Assembly (NCBI GenBank): GCA_963674945.2 | Contig: CAXXWQ010000003.1 | Coordinates: forward strand, 1,984,001 to 2,048,000 | DNA from: an uncultured Desulfosarcina sp. | GTDB taxonomy: Bacteria > Desulfobacterota > Desulfobacteria > Desulfobacterales > Desulfosarcinaceae | Direction: 5' to 3' | DNA: 64,000 nucleotides | In this document: piece after piece, positions 48,700 through 58,526 of the stretch | Numbering within the stretch: the stretch's first letter is position 1 | How the letters are laid out: each line of letters starts with the position of its first letter | The notes under the pieces: generated by a model | Told to the model about the DNA's origin: nothing | Database searches by the model: none | What the model saw: only the letters and a program-made list of their open reading frames with translations | Program-made: the position numbers and the translations under genes

Positions 48700-49208
48700 A
48701 ATTCATCAACCGTTTAAACGATTCTAAAACCAATGACCGAGGAAACGCCGCTAGTGAGCTTGGGCAACTTGGTGTGAGAGCTAAAGAAGCCGTACCTGCC
48801 CTGATTAGGGTGCTTGAATCAGACGTGCGTAGATTGGTTCGCTGGCACACGATAAATGCCTTGGGTCAAATCGGTCCGGCTGCCCAAGCGGCTGTACCCG
48901 TACTGGTTACAGTGCTGGAAACAGATGAGGATATAAAGGCTAAGAAATTTGCAATAAATGCCTTGGGTCAAATCGGCCCAGCGACCGAAGCGGTTGTAAA
49001 ATCACTGGTTAAGTCGCTTGAGACAGATGAGAGTGTATCAATTCGTATGCAAGCGGCAGTTTTCCTCGCTAAAATTGGCCCCATGACTAAAGCTGTTATA
49101 CCCGCGCTGTTCAAAGTGATGAAGCATGAAAGAGACGAAAGAGTACGAAAAGATATTCAAAGAACCCTTGATAAAATCCAATCCCAAAACCCAAGCTTAA
49201 AAAAATAA
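48700..49208 (+). pseudogene. Frameshifted C-terminal HEAT repeats of the preceding gene
   Basis: Open frame KFINRLNDSKTNDRGNAASELGQLG... begins at the upstream stop; adding one base joins the two. Confidence 0.7.
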
Positions 49209-49243
49209 CCCCGCTCCTCGCGGGGTCTACCCATTCATTAACC

Positions 49244-49420
49244 CCACCAAACCACCCCATTTAGTTTGGTGTTTCCTGAACTATCCGCCAATAATAGCCA
49301 AATCTCTAAAGCTATACCACTCCGCCAACTCTCTCAAAAACCGCAAAACCAGTTTGGTCAAAAACATACCCAAATAGTTTGCCTGCCGTTCTCTGGCGTG
49401 GCTGGCCTTATTCCAAAATC
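49244..49420 (+). repeat. Dispersed repeat R2
   Basis: Near-identical to 45378-45554. Confidence 0.9.
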
Positions 49421-49801
49421 TCAATAGATTAAGAACTCATAAACACAAATGAGCATTATAAAAACGGCCATCCGGCAGCTCTCGCTTCCTCGCCAGCTCG
49501 TTGTAAAGGAATTTCAATGTTTTCATTAATGTCAGGCAAATTAAAATACATTGAAATTCAACCTTGCTCATTCGCATGTCCCGCATTCGTTGTGCGGGTG
49601 CGCGAAGCGCATAACTTGGTCGCGGGGTCTGTATTGCCCTTTGGGTTCCCTCGCCCGGCTTCAAACAGCCTCGCTTTCGCTCGCTCGCCGTTCTCGGCAA
49701 TATTCCCTCTCTGGCCTTTTCACTCTCGGAGCCTCTTGCCGTGCCAGCCCGACTTCCTCCCAGGGTGAAATTTTATAATGTTTCCCTCTTTTAAAAATAT
49801 A

Positions 49802-49931
49802 CGCCTCATGTCCATCTTTCCCAATCTTAACAGCACCTCTTGCTCTGTCAAAGTGCTTGCCTTTAGGCACTCCACTTTTGACAGAACCGAGGTCACCGCT
49901 GTTGTCTCAGGGCCAGACGGTCATTAAGGCG
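49802..49931. promoter_or_regulatory. Long imperfect hairpin, Frpo/ssDNA-promoter-like
   Basis: Nested stems CGCCT/AGGCG, AACAGC/GCTGTT, TCTGTCAAA/TTTGACAGA. Confidence 0.55.
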
Positions 49932-49977
49932 GTAGGGCTGATCTTTAACATTAACAAACACCGCCAGGAAAAAATTT

Positions 49978-50124
49978 ATGAATAACCAGTTCATAGCCGG
50001 CGTTTCCGCTAACTTAAGGAAACAGGGCCTTGACTCCAAAGTCATCCGCTACGTTGTCGGGAAACTCAAGTATTCCTTCAAAACCGGCGTTTGGGTCGGC
50101 GAGCAAAAAAGTCAGGTCAAATAA
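49978..50124 (+). CDS. Small protein (48 aa, KxSFxxGxxVG motif)
   Basis: MNNQFIAGVSANLRKQG...KYSFKTGVWVGEQK; similar to 51575-51775. Confidence 0.6.
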   Translation: MNNQFIAGVSANLRKQGLDSKVIRYVVGKLKYSFKTGVWVGEQKSQVK

Positions 50125-50137
50125 ACGGGCACAAGCC

Positions 50138-50174
50138 AAAAGGCGAAGTAGTTTAAAACTACTTCGCCTTTTTT
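50138..50174. terminator. Intrinsic terminator
   Basis: AAAAGGCGAAGTAGTTT/AAACTACTTCGCCTTTT. Confidence 0.8.
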
Positions 50175-50227
50175 GCGGTTCAATGGACTTTTAAAATTAT
50201 TTCTTCCAGTCCAAAAGAGGTAAATAA

Positions 50228-50479
50228 CTAAGCCCTGGTAGGAATTTTCAACTCCAATCCCTTATTCTCCAATTTCTCAACCCTCTCCTCAAACCGATCA
50301 TGCGCCGCCTGATTAGATAAATGCTCAGTTTTATGATCCTCATATTCCTTGGCAATTGTATCAACTACTGTCAGAACTTTGCCAATTTCCATTTTAATTT
50401 CCTCCTTCGCGTCTTCCAACCCGCGTTTGAATTCATCCTTCGTAACCAATAGATTAAATTGTTCTGGTGTTAATGTCAT
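50228..50479 (-). CDS. Coiled-coil hypothetical protein
   Basis: MTLTPEQFN.LVTK...HDR.E.RV.KLE. Confidence 0.7.
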   Translation of the reverse strand: MTLTPEQFNLLVTKDEFKRGLEDAKEEIKMEIGKVLTVVDTIAKEYEDHKTEHLSNQAAHDRFEERVEKLENKGLELKIPTRA

Positions 50480-50604
50480 AAAGCAAAAAGATAATATAAT
50501 TATAGCTATTTATAGTATAAATTACACCGCCATATCTGTCAAACTGGACGGACAAATCAAATCCATTATCAAATGAGCGGTGCGGTACCCAACCCGGAAA
50601 ATAA

Positions 50605-50937
50605 TTATTGATCGTTACATGGTGTGTCGCTCGCGCGGATCAGGTCTGTTTCTATTGAGAGCCTCGAAGAATCGTTTTCTTCGACGTGGACGCAAATACA
50701 ATTAGCGCCATTTTTATCGGCACATGGCCATTTTTCATGGCTTGGGATTCGGTCTGCGAGACTTTCGGTTTCTCCGATATAAATAAAGTCGTGAGAGCCT
50801 TTTCCGTCACTGACGGTTCGTTTGGAGAATATGTATACAGCACCAATATCTTTCCAAGAAGTATCGGTGGAGTACACACCGAACTTGTATTTTGCGCCAG
50901 AGCTTCCTTCAAATTCGGCGTCAGATATTTTTCCCAT
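50605..50937 (-). CDS. GIY-YIG-like protein
   Basis: GAVYIF, IYIGET..L..R...H, E.DLI....P..N. Confidence 0.75.
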   Translation of the reverse strand: MGKISDAEFEGSSGAKYKFGVYSTDTSWKDIGAVYIFSKRTVSDGKGSHDFIYIGETESLADRIPSHEKWPCADKNGANCICVHVEENDSSRLSIETDLIRASDTPCNDQ

Positions 50938-51166
50938 ATATCCCCCTTTTGGGGGGTCAGGCACCGCACCATCATAGTGCTATTACACAACAAGGTTCGA
51001 TCAATCAAGGACGGACTATGTTCTTCAATAGATTATTTAGGAAATTACCAATTTAGGTGGTTTCGTTTTTAGAAAATTACATAATTTCAAAAAAAAGGAG
51101 GAACTCTTTCAATTGCCCCGGCCCCGCCAGTCTTTTACTAAGACAGTTTCCGGGAAAACCACGTTC

Positions 51167-51294
51167 GTTCCCTCCTTGTCTTTGATTTTATTAAATCGAG
51201 GCCTTTAACTGTCAAGGTAGTGCTTCGCTTCGCTCAGCCTCCACCTTGACAGTCAGGCCTATCGATTTGAGTCGAAATAAACAAAGGAGGGAAC
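51167..51294. promoter_or_regulatory. Long imperfect hairpin, Frpo/ssDNA-promoter-like
   Basis: GTTCCCTCCTT/AAGGAGGGAAC, AAATCGA/TCGATTT, AGGCCT, ACTGTCAAGGT/CCTTGACAGT. Confidence 0.6.
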
Positions 51295-51374
51295 TTGAAG
51301 CCTTTTCAAGGTCGAAAAAGTGTTAAGTCGAGAACACTTTTCAAGGCTTTTTAATAAATTAAAGAATAAAATCT

Positions 51375-51548
51375 ATGGAAATCAAAAACCATTTAATCAC
51401 TATCGTTGAAAAGCGATATGGCACTCTTTTTGTCCAGGCCGAAAATGAAGAGAGGGCAATAGAGGAAGCAAAAAATCGGCTTTCCCGCGAAAACCGATTT
51501 GAGGTTGAAGATATCGATTTGCGCTTCGAATATCTCACACCTTGCTAA
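51375..51548 (+). CDS. Small DpnD/PcfM-like protein (57 aa)
   Basis: V.AENEERAIEEA motif; downstream of the hairpin. Confidence 0.6.
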   Translation: MEIKNHLITIVEKRYGTLFVQAENEERAIEEAKNRLSRENRFEVEDIDLRFEYLTPC

Positions 51549-51574
51549 CTAATAAATATTATAGCACAAAAAAT

Positions 51575-51775
51575 ATGCCTGTCCAATATAGGAAAAACCA
51601 CAATTTTCTTCATGACGTTTTCACTGAGATTAACAATATCGTTACTGCCTACACTGATGGCCACATCCCAAATCCCTATGAGTTAAAAAAGAATCTCTAT
51701 GAATCAGTAGCCATTCATATCAAACAATCCTTCCTAAACGGTATGAGGGTAGGAAAACGCCAAAAATCAAAATAA
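51575..51775 (+). CDS. Small protein (KxSFxxGxxVG motif)
   Basis: ...HIKQSFLNGMRVGKRQK. Confidence 0.6.
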   Translation: MPVQYRKNHNFLHDVFTEINNIVTAYTDGHIPNPYELKKNLYESVAIHIKQSFLNGMRVGKRQKSK

Positions 51776-52037
51776 AAACAAAAAGCCTTCAAAAGTACCC
51801 CCCTTGTTCATAAGGGGGGTACTGGCGGGGCGCACCCACCCACCCCTCAAATGCAGAAATTTTCTCACCCGAAAATTTCCAAAAAAGTAAGGTAAAAGCA
51901 ATAAGAAAGAGGGCCTCTTTCTTATTGCCAATCCAGGTTCACTAACTTCCGGGACTCCCCCTTCCGGGTTTTCCCACCATGCCACACACCCAAATCGCCC
52001 CAATCAGTTTGGTAGCCTCCAGCTTTTTCCCAAAAAC

Positions 52038-53388
52038 CCTGTCAAACGATGTAAAAAGGTAACCGAAAGCTACTTCGTTGAATGATTTAAAAATGTAACT
52101 TTGGTATCAACCTTTAAATCTAATGATTTGTTAATAATAGTTTGATTAATTTTATTTAATTTTTTTAGTTTGGTTTCAATATTTCGTTTTAATTCAGCGG
52201 GATTAAGTTTATCATATTGACGTTTAAGCTGAGTTTTTATTTTCTCATCTACATGGTCACATTCAAGCACTCTCATATAGGGAGTTTTTGCTTTGTCATA
52301 AATTTTTTTAATTTTTTCACCATGCTTGCCGGTTCGTTTTTTATCAATTAATTTTACATTGGGCATAAAGAAATTTTTGTATAATCTGAGTTCGTTTTCA
52401 TATAGATCATTCATAGCATTTAACTCAGCTTCAGTTTCCCGTCTTTTGTAGCCAAATACTTTTCTAACATGAGTCCAGTTTTTCTGTTCAATATGGGCAT
52501 TATCATTTTTCTGATATGGTCTACCTCTGGTAAATTCAACATCATTGTCATAACAGTATTTAAACAATTGCCAGTTAATGAATTCAGAGCCATTATCAGG
52601 ATCAATAGCTGTTAAATCAAATGGTAATCTATTTTTCATGCTGTCTAATGCACTAATAACTCTATTTTGAGCCCTGCCCATAATAGCCTGAGTTTCTGTC
52701 CAACCCGTTAAAATATCAGTTAAATCAATACTACAAATGAATTCACCTGACGCATTATCACCGCAATGAACAACAGTATCTAGTTCACAACAACCAATGC
52801 GTTGTTCATCCCAACTAATAGTTCTAATTGGTATTTGTTTTTTTAACAGACTTCCCGGTTTAGTTGTAGAATTAATTTTTCTTTTAGCCTCTATTTTGAA
52901 TGGACGCAATCTATCATCAATCGTAGATGATCCAATATACATGAGTTTTTCCTGAGCTATCTCAGGAATGTTTAACTCCTTGAAATGAACTAATTTAGAA
53001 ATCATTTCTGGCATCATTGGAGCCATTCTTTGCCCGCACGGATAATCCATAATTTCCCAAATTTTTTTTAACCAATATATATCCTCATTAGTGTAAGTAT
53101 AATGTCGTTTACGGTTAATACTTTTTTCTATATAGCTATGAACAGGAGCTAATATTCTAATAGCGTATTTCTCGTTATATCCTGTATTTTTCACAAACTC
53201 CGATAACATTGATGATTTTTCTTTTTTACTTGCCTTTAAATAGCGTCTTTTTACCTGTTTAAGGTAATCTTTCCTTGATTTTATACTCATTTTCTTTGTA
53301 ACCATAGTTTAAAAGTTAATTTTTATGGTTACATTTTACTATCGTTTATCGTATATGCCCATGGTTACATTTTGCATCATTTAATTCG
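52038..53388 (-). mobile_element. ISNCY-like IS inserted into repeat R3
   Basis: Imperfect IRs with AAAYGATGYAAAA..GTAACC; 6-bp TSD AAAAAC (52032-52037 / 53389-53394); excision restores R1-like spacing. Confidence 0.8.
52070..53305 (-). CDS. DDE/integrase-core transposase
   Basis: ELDTVVHCG, TD..TGW, DNGSEFIN, RPY.KND.AHIEQKN. Confidence 0.92.
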   Translation of the reverse strand: MVTKKMSIKSRKDYLKQVKRRYLKASKKEKSSMLSEFVKNTGYNEKYAIRILAPVHSYIEKSINRKRHYTYTNEDIYWLKKIWEIMDYPCGQRMAPMMPEMISKLVHFKELNIPEIAQEKLMYIGSSTIDDRLRPFKIEAKRKINSTTKPGSLLKKQIPIRTISWDEQRIGCCELDTVVHCGDNASGEFICSIDLTDILTGWTETQAIMGRAQNRVISALDSMKNRLPFDLTAIDPDNGSEFINWQLFKYCYDNDVEFTRGRPYQKNDNAHIEQKNWTHVRKVFGYKRRETEAELNAMNDLYENELRLYKNFFMPNVKLIDKKRTGKHGEKIKKIYDKAKTPYMRVLECDHVDEKIKTQLKRQYDKLNPAELKRNIETKLKKLNKINQTIINKSLDLKVDTKVTFLNHSTK

Positions 53389-53394
53389 AAAAAC

Positions 53395-53482
53395 TAGACA
53401 AAATCCCGGCACCATGCTATACTGCCAAAACCACCAAAAACCGCAAAACCAGTTTGGTCAAAAACCTCCCCAAACAGTTTGG
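53395..53482 (+). promoter_or_regulatory. Promoter and palindromic operators (right part of R3)
   Basis: TAGACA-17-TATACT; perfect palindrome CCAAACAGTTTGG at 53470-53482. Confidence 0.65.
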
Positions 53483-53501
53483 CGGCATCGTTATAACTTC
53501 T

Positions 53502-55715
53502 ATGTCAACATCCCACCAACTCCAAACAATCCGTCCCCATTTCAACCTGTTCTGGGGACGCCATAAACCCCAAAAGCCTGTCATCGACAAGACACTGGAC
53601 CGCTGTCCCTATTGCCAGAGCAAAAACATCATCAAGCACGGCCGTAAACAAAACAAGTTCCAGATTCTCCAGTATTACCGCTGTCATTCCTGCCGAAAAA
53701 TGTTTACTCCGCAGGTTGTAAAACACAAACAATACCCACTCCGGATAATTCTGGACGGAATCAGTTTTTACAACCTGGGATACTCCAAAACCAATTCCTG
53801 CCGCCTGCTCAAAGAAAAATACGGCCTCAATATCAAACCAAATACTCTCAGTACTTGGTTAAATGAAATAAGCCCTCTTTGCAGATATGAGCGCCTGCGG
53901 GAGCAGGGGAGACGATTATACCCGCCAACTCAGATAATCCAATCTGCTGTTTTAAATCATAAGCAGGTTTACAATTTCCGCTTCCACCAGTCCAAGCTGG
54001 AGTTTCTCTGCCAGCACCGGCCTTTTACTGCCGCGCACCACCAGAAGATAAAAACTTACTGGGGTATGCACTTAAATCCAGCACATACTATATGTTGTGG
54101 CCCAGGTCATCGTCAATTGGATCGAGATTTAAATTTGCTGCCCCTTCCAAAAACGGTAACGATGCACCTTTAAGAGTACTAGCTGGGGCAGGGTCCACCA
54201 TCACGGCCTGTTGGACCAGCCTGTAAAATAGTTTTCCGCGAGACACTGATGTTCTACGGTTGAACCTGAATGTGAATTCATCCAAATAGTACATCAAATG
54301 AGACGGTCTGACCGCCCCTTGATAAGTACCAAGTAACCATCGTTTCATGAGCGACGCTACCAAATGTACAATCTTCAAGTCATGCGATGGAATCGCAATA
54401 TGCTTAAATCCTTTATCGCCAAGGCTGCTATAGCCGGGCCAATCATCCGTCCTGATGGTGCTGCCTGGCTGGGCGATTTCTTGTACAAATTGAGTCAGAC
54501 TATCTCCCGATGCGTCTTCGAGGTGCCAGAGTCTAATTCGCCCAATTCCTTTTCGGCCTTTATCCTCCACGGCAATACCGACCAAAGCTTTACCTTCAGC
54601 ACCCCGACCGCGTTTTCCAGACTTTTTCCCACCGACATAGGTTTCATCAACTTCAACAATCCCGGACAATCGGTCACGTCCTGGACGAACCATTGCTCTT
54701 CGAAGTTTATGGAGCCATTGCCAGGCGGTATTATAACTCCCAAGGTTAAGTACTCTCTGAAGCCCAAGTGCATTAGCTCCGTACTTCTGACCTGTAATGT
54801 GCCACATAGCCCGAAACCAAAGAGACAAGGGCTTTCTGGTGCCGTGAAAAATTGTACCGGAAGTTATCGTAGATTGATTTCCACAATCAGTACAATGAAA
54901 CTGGGATCGTTTAGTTCTCCACGAGGATGCAGAACCGCAATGAGGGCAACGGAAGCCTTCGGGCCATCTAAGAGCCATCAAATAGTCAGTGCATCCAGCT
55001 TCAGAGCTAAATCGTTTTTCAAATTCTATCAACGTTCTGGGGTAATCTTCCTCCATAGACTGGTACACTATATGTTGTGGCCACTGGAGTCAAGTGCATA
55101 CCCCAGAAAACTTATTTCGATGCCGTCATCCAAGAATACCCGCACCATTATTTTCAGACAGACCAGCGATCTTCTCAGGCAAAAATCACTTTCGATTTTA
55201 ACCAAGCCCACATCTTAACCAAACAAAATCACGCCACCCGTCTGGCTCAGCTCCTTTTACAGGCCGTAACCGACAACCGTATGCGCCATGAGACTCTCCA
55301 ACAATTCATGCTGGTTAATGATTCCGTTACCGTGGCCATGGAAGTACCAATTTTCCTCACTCCGGAGGATATCCATAAATACAAACATAAGTTCGGCTTC
55401 CAGATACCAATAGAATTAAAAGACGTACTCACTGGCCATATTGACCTTCTTCAGATCAGGAATGGCTATATTCATATCCTTGATTACAAGCCCAATGCCA
55501 AACGGGAAAAACCATATGCTCAATTGACACTCTATGCCTTGGCGCTTTCCCGACTGACAGATCTTCGCCTTATGGATTTCAAATGCGCTTGGTTTGATGA
55601 AAACCATTATTACGAATTTTTTCCTTTGCAACTGGTACACAAAAAACACACCCGCCGGAAAAATATTCCCTCCAAAAAGACCACCCCAAAGGGTGGCCGA
55701 AATGGAGGTCCTTAA
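53502..55715 (+). pseudogene. Zn-ribbon/HTH/PD-(D/E)XK nuclease split by IS1595
   Basis: CPYC...YRCHSC; rejoined QKIKTYFDAV; GHIDLL...ILDYKP...QLTLYALAL. Confidence 0.85.
54059..55106 (-). mobile_element. IS1595-family element, copy 3 (transposase 54088-55068)
   Basis: Inverted copy; 8-bp TSD AAAACTTA. Confidence 0.95.
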
Positions 55716-55747
55716 TATTGCTCGATGAATTATTAAAGCACGCTGAT

Positions 55748-56025
55748 TGTTGACCGCCTGTTGCCCAAAAATTATATATTGATGGGATTATTGGGAATAT
55801 TGAATAAATTTGGGACTTCAAATTATTTGCTAAAATTAAAGAAAATACCTTTGATTAGCAATTTTTCGAAAATACTAAAAGAGGTTTCGATTCCCTGCCT
55901 CCGAGCATCAAGAGAATGACAGGTTTATGCCTGTTTTTTCTTTTACATTAGGCAAATTTATTTTCGCATTGTCTGTGGAAAACTTATATTTCTGGGAGGC
56001 TGTTGACCGCCTGTTGCCCAAAATT
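55748..56025. other. Candidate intact attP (arm - tRNA-like core - arm)
   Basis: 25-bp direct repeat TGTTGACCGCCTGTTGCCCAAAATT at 55748 and 56001; TTCGATTCCCTGCCTCCGAGCA at 55886-55907. Confidence 0.6.
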
Positions 56026-57063
56026 TTGACTATTTGGCTCTAAGACACTGATCGCTGATTGTAAATTTGATGGTCCCAAGTGGGCATATCTAAGGGTAGT
56101 CTGAATGTCTACGTGTCCCATTAACTCTTGAACTGCTTTTGTTGGTGCATTTTTTTGAAAAAGATGAGAAGCAAATGTGTGTCGAAGCGTATGCCAACCT
56201 ATATTTCTCAAACCTGCTTTTTCGCATATTTTTTTCATATTCAGATTGCAAAAACTATCGCTTAAATGATGATCTGGCCGCGTTTGAAAGACATAACCTT
56301 TTTGTTTTTTGTTTTTCCATAGCATTAAAAACACTTCATTAATCAAAGGGATGTTTCTTGTTTTATTTCCTTTTGGAGAACCTTCTACATTTCTTACAAT
56401 AGCGCGCTGTACTGTAAGCGTGGCATTGTTAAAATTGATATCTTCCCATCTTAATCCAATTAGCTCTCCTCTTCTCAGTCCTGTTCTCGCAGCCAAAAGT
56501 ATCATGTCACGCCAGACATCCTTGGCATGGTTTAATAGAATTTGCAGTTCATCTTCAGTTAAAAAATCCGATTTGCCCGAAAAAACCTTATATCTTTTAA
56601 TTTTAATATTCTTTGTTGTTTTACCCCACTCATGAGCCATGTTTAATGATGTTCCCAAGATAGCCAAATGATTATTTATGGTTTTTTTACTTAACCCTGA
56701 CATCCTTTTTCGCTTTTTATATTTTTCAATTTCAAATCCATTAATTTCATTAATATTCATGTTTCCAAAAAATGGAATTAGGTGTTTTTTAAGTATCCTT
56801 TTTTTTGTTTCGACTTCTGATGGTTTATTGTTATCCTCTACATACATACAAAACCATTCCCAGGCAAAGTCACCAAACTTGGGATTTGCTTCTTTTGTTT
56901 CCTCTTTTTTATCTATAGATTTGTCCTCTGATAATCTTTTCCTTAAAGTTAATTCATACGCCATAGCTCCAGCCCTGCTGTTATCCGGGCTTCTTTTTCG
57001 GTATCGTTTGCGGTTATAACGAAAGTCAACCCACCACGAACCATGAATTTTTCTTACTGCCAT
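55984..57063 (-). CDS. Tyrosine integrase
   Basis: Arm-binding N-terminus; RTGLRRGEL, HTLRHTFAS, MGH, TLRYAH. Confidence 0.95.
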   Translation of the reverse strand: MAVRKIHGSWWVDFRYNRKRYRKRSPDNSRAGAMAYELTLRKRLSEDKSIDKKEETKEANPKFGDFAWEWFCMYVEDNNKPSEVETKKRILKKHLIPFFGNMNINEINGFEIEKYKKRKRMSGLSKKTINNHLAILGTSLNMAHEWGKTTKNIKIKRYKVFSGKSDFLTEDELQILLNHAKDVWRDMILLAARTGLRRGELIGLRWEDINFNNATLTVQRAIVRNVEGSPKGNKTRNIPLINEVFLMLWKNKKQKGYVFQTRPDHHLSDSFCNLNMKKICEKAGLRNIGWHTLRHTFASHLFQKNAPTKAVQELMGHVDIQTTLRYAHLGPSNLQSAISVLEPNSQNFGQQAVNSLPEI

Positions 57064-57064
57064 A

Positions 57065-57271
57065 TTAATTGAATCCGAGCGGCTCCACTCGATTGTTTTG
57101 GAGATAATCCAATACATCCTGCCGGTCAAAGCGCAAAGCACCGCCTACCTTGTAAAAGGGCAGGGCGCGCTTTTCCACCAGGCGGTATACCCCGGTTTTA
57201 GAAATTTGGAGAATTGTCCTTAATTCACCCGGTGTAATTAGGTTTGGCAAGGAGTGTGAACCGTTCGGCAT
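57065..57271 (-). CDS. HTH_17 excisionase-like protein
   Basis: LIT..EL...LQIS...VYRLV...LP.YKVGG.LRF. Confidence 0.88.
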   Translation of the reverse strand: MPNGSHSLPNLITPGELRTILQISKTGVYRLVEKRALPFYKVGGALRFDRQDVLDYLQNNRVEPLGFN

Positions 57272-58092
57272 ATTGTTAATGAGCAATAATAGGACCCTGT
57301 CAAAACAATACAGCGTACTATATCACTCTACCATATTTATGAAATACTAGCAAAAATTACAGGGTGTTAGAAAATATATTCGTTCACTCGTTACAACTAA
57401 CTATTCAATTATATAGTTTAGCAAGAAAAATTAAAAAATAGATTGAAAAAATCGGACCAGGGTATATATAGCAAGAAAAGACAAACAATCCGAATCTAAG
57501 CAGCGCCAGATTTTATCCTCTCCGCAGTCAGATTTCCATATTTTGATCCGACCACACTTATTCCGCCAGAATCGATTATATTCAGTGTCAGGAAGTCTAT
57601 GGTAAGCTCATTTCTGTTGGAATATTATTTTAAAGGTCAATGTATGGTTGTTATACAAATGGATTAAATCATCAATATTTTAAAGACACTCTATTATCTT
57701 GATGTTCTGCCTTAAGGCTAAAACATCTGCACTAACAGTATTGCGTTATCCTGTCTTTGGTTGGGTAATAGACATTCGTTGGTTTGTTCATATTAAACTC
57801 CGCTTGAATGTCGCTTTATGCGACGTACCAGTATACTGATAATGGTATAAAAACGGCAGTACTATATTCATATTAAGAGAAAAAAAACGGACTACGTACC
57901 TCGCATAATGCAGACATTAAGCAAAGTTTTTGGGTGGGTAATTCACGTAAATTATCTAACCGCTTTGGGTGGTAGGTTAAGCACCCGCGAACACAGTTTG
58001 CGTGCTTACCATATCGATCCCGCGGGTGCATTATGTAATTAAAAACGAATTATTAAAAAATAGTATATAACAATCTGAAATAACAGGAAAAC

Positions 58093-58121
58093 TTGACAAA
58101 TAATAATATATATGCTATAAT
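58093..58121 (+). promoter_or_regulatory. Consensus sigma-70 promoter
   Basis: TTGACA-17-TATAAT with extended TG. Confidence 0.85.
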
Positions 58122-58262
58122 AACAATAAGTTAAAACTACTACAAGTTTCTTTTAAAATAATCACCAATATTAGCTTAAAGCCTACTTGGATTAGTGTCT
58201 TGGTTGTTTTCTACTAAAAACTAAAAAGAACAACTAAATATCACTAATTCAGGGAGGCAAAA

Positions 58263-58526
58263 ATGATCTTTACATCAAGCTTTACCGTACCAAATAGCCG
58301 GTGTGTTTATGGCGGAATGTTCTTCGGTATCTATCGAAATGAAAGTGAAACCATCATCCAAATTCGTGGTCGTAAGTGGCGACAAGAGCGTGAAGAAGAC
58401 TTTCAGTCAATTCATGGATGCACGTACGAAAAGTGTCAGCAATATCAAAAAGAATTCGGTCACAAAGGTTGCCCCATGGAAAACTGCCAGATCAAACAGC
58501 GTTACCGGAAAGAAGGCTATATATAG
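58263..58526 (+). CDS. Small Cys-containing hypothetical protein
   Basis: GGGAGG RBS; behind the consensus promoter. Confidence 0.65.
   Translation: MIFTSSFTVPNSRCVYGGMFFGIYRNESETIIQIRGRKWRQEREEDFQSIHGCTYEKCQQYQKEFGHKGCPMENCQIKQRYRKEGYI

Noticed and set aside
48691..48705. Programmed -1 frameshift at TTTAAAA
   Set aside because: The heptamer is not in the zero frame required; a one-base deletion or sequencing error is more likely
45378..53482. Repeats R1-R3 as a CRISPR array or integron attC sites
   Set aside because: Kilobase spacing, no regular spacers, no cas or intI gene, no RYYYAAC/GTTRRRY boxes
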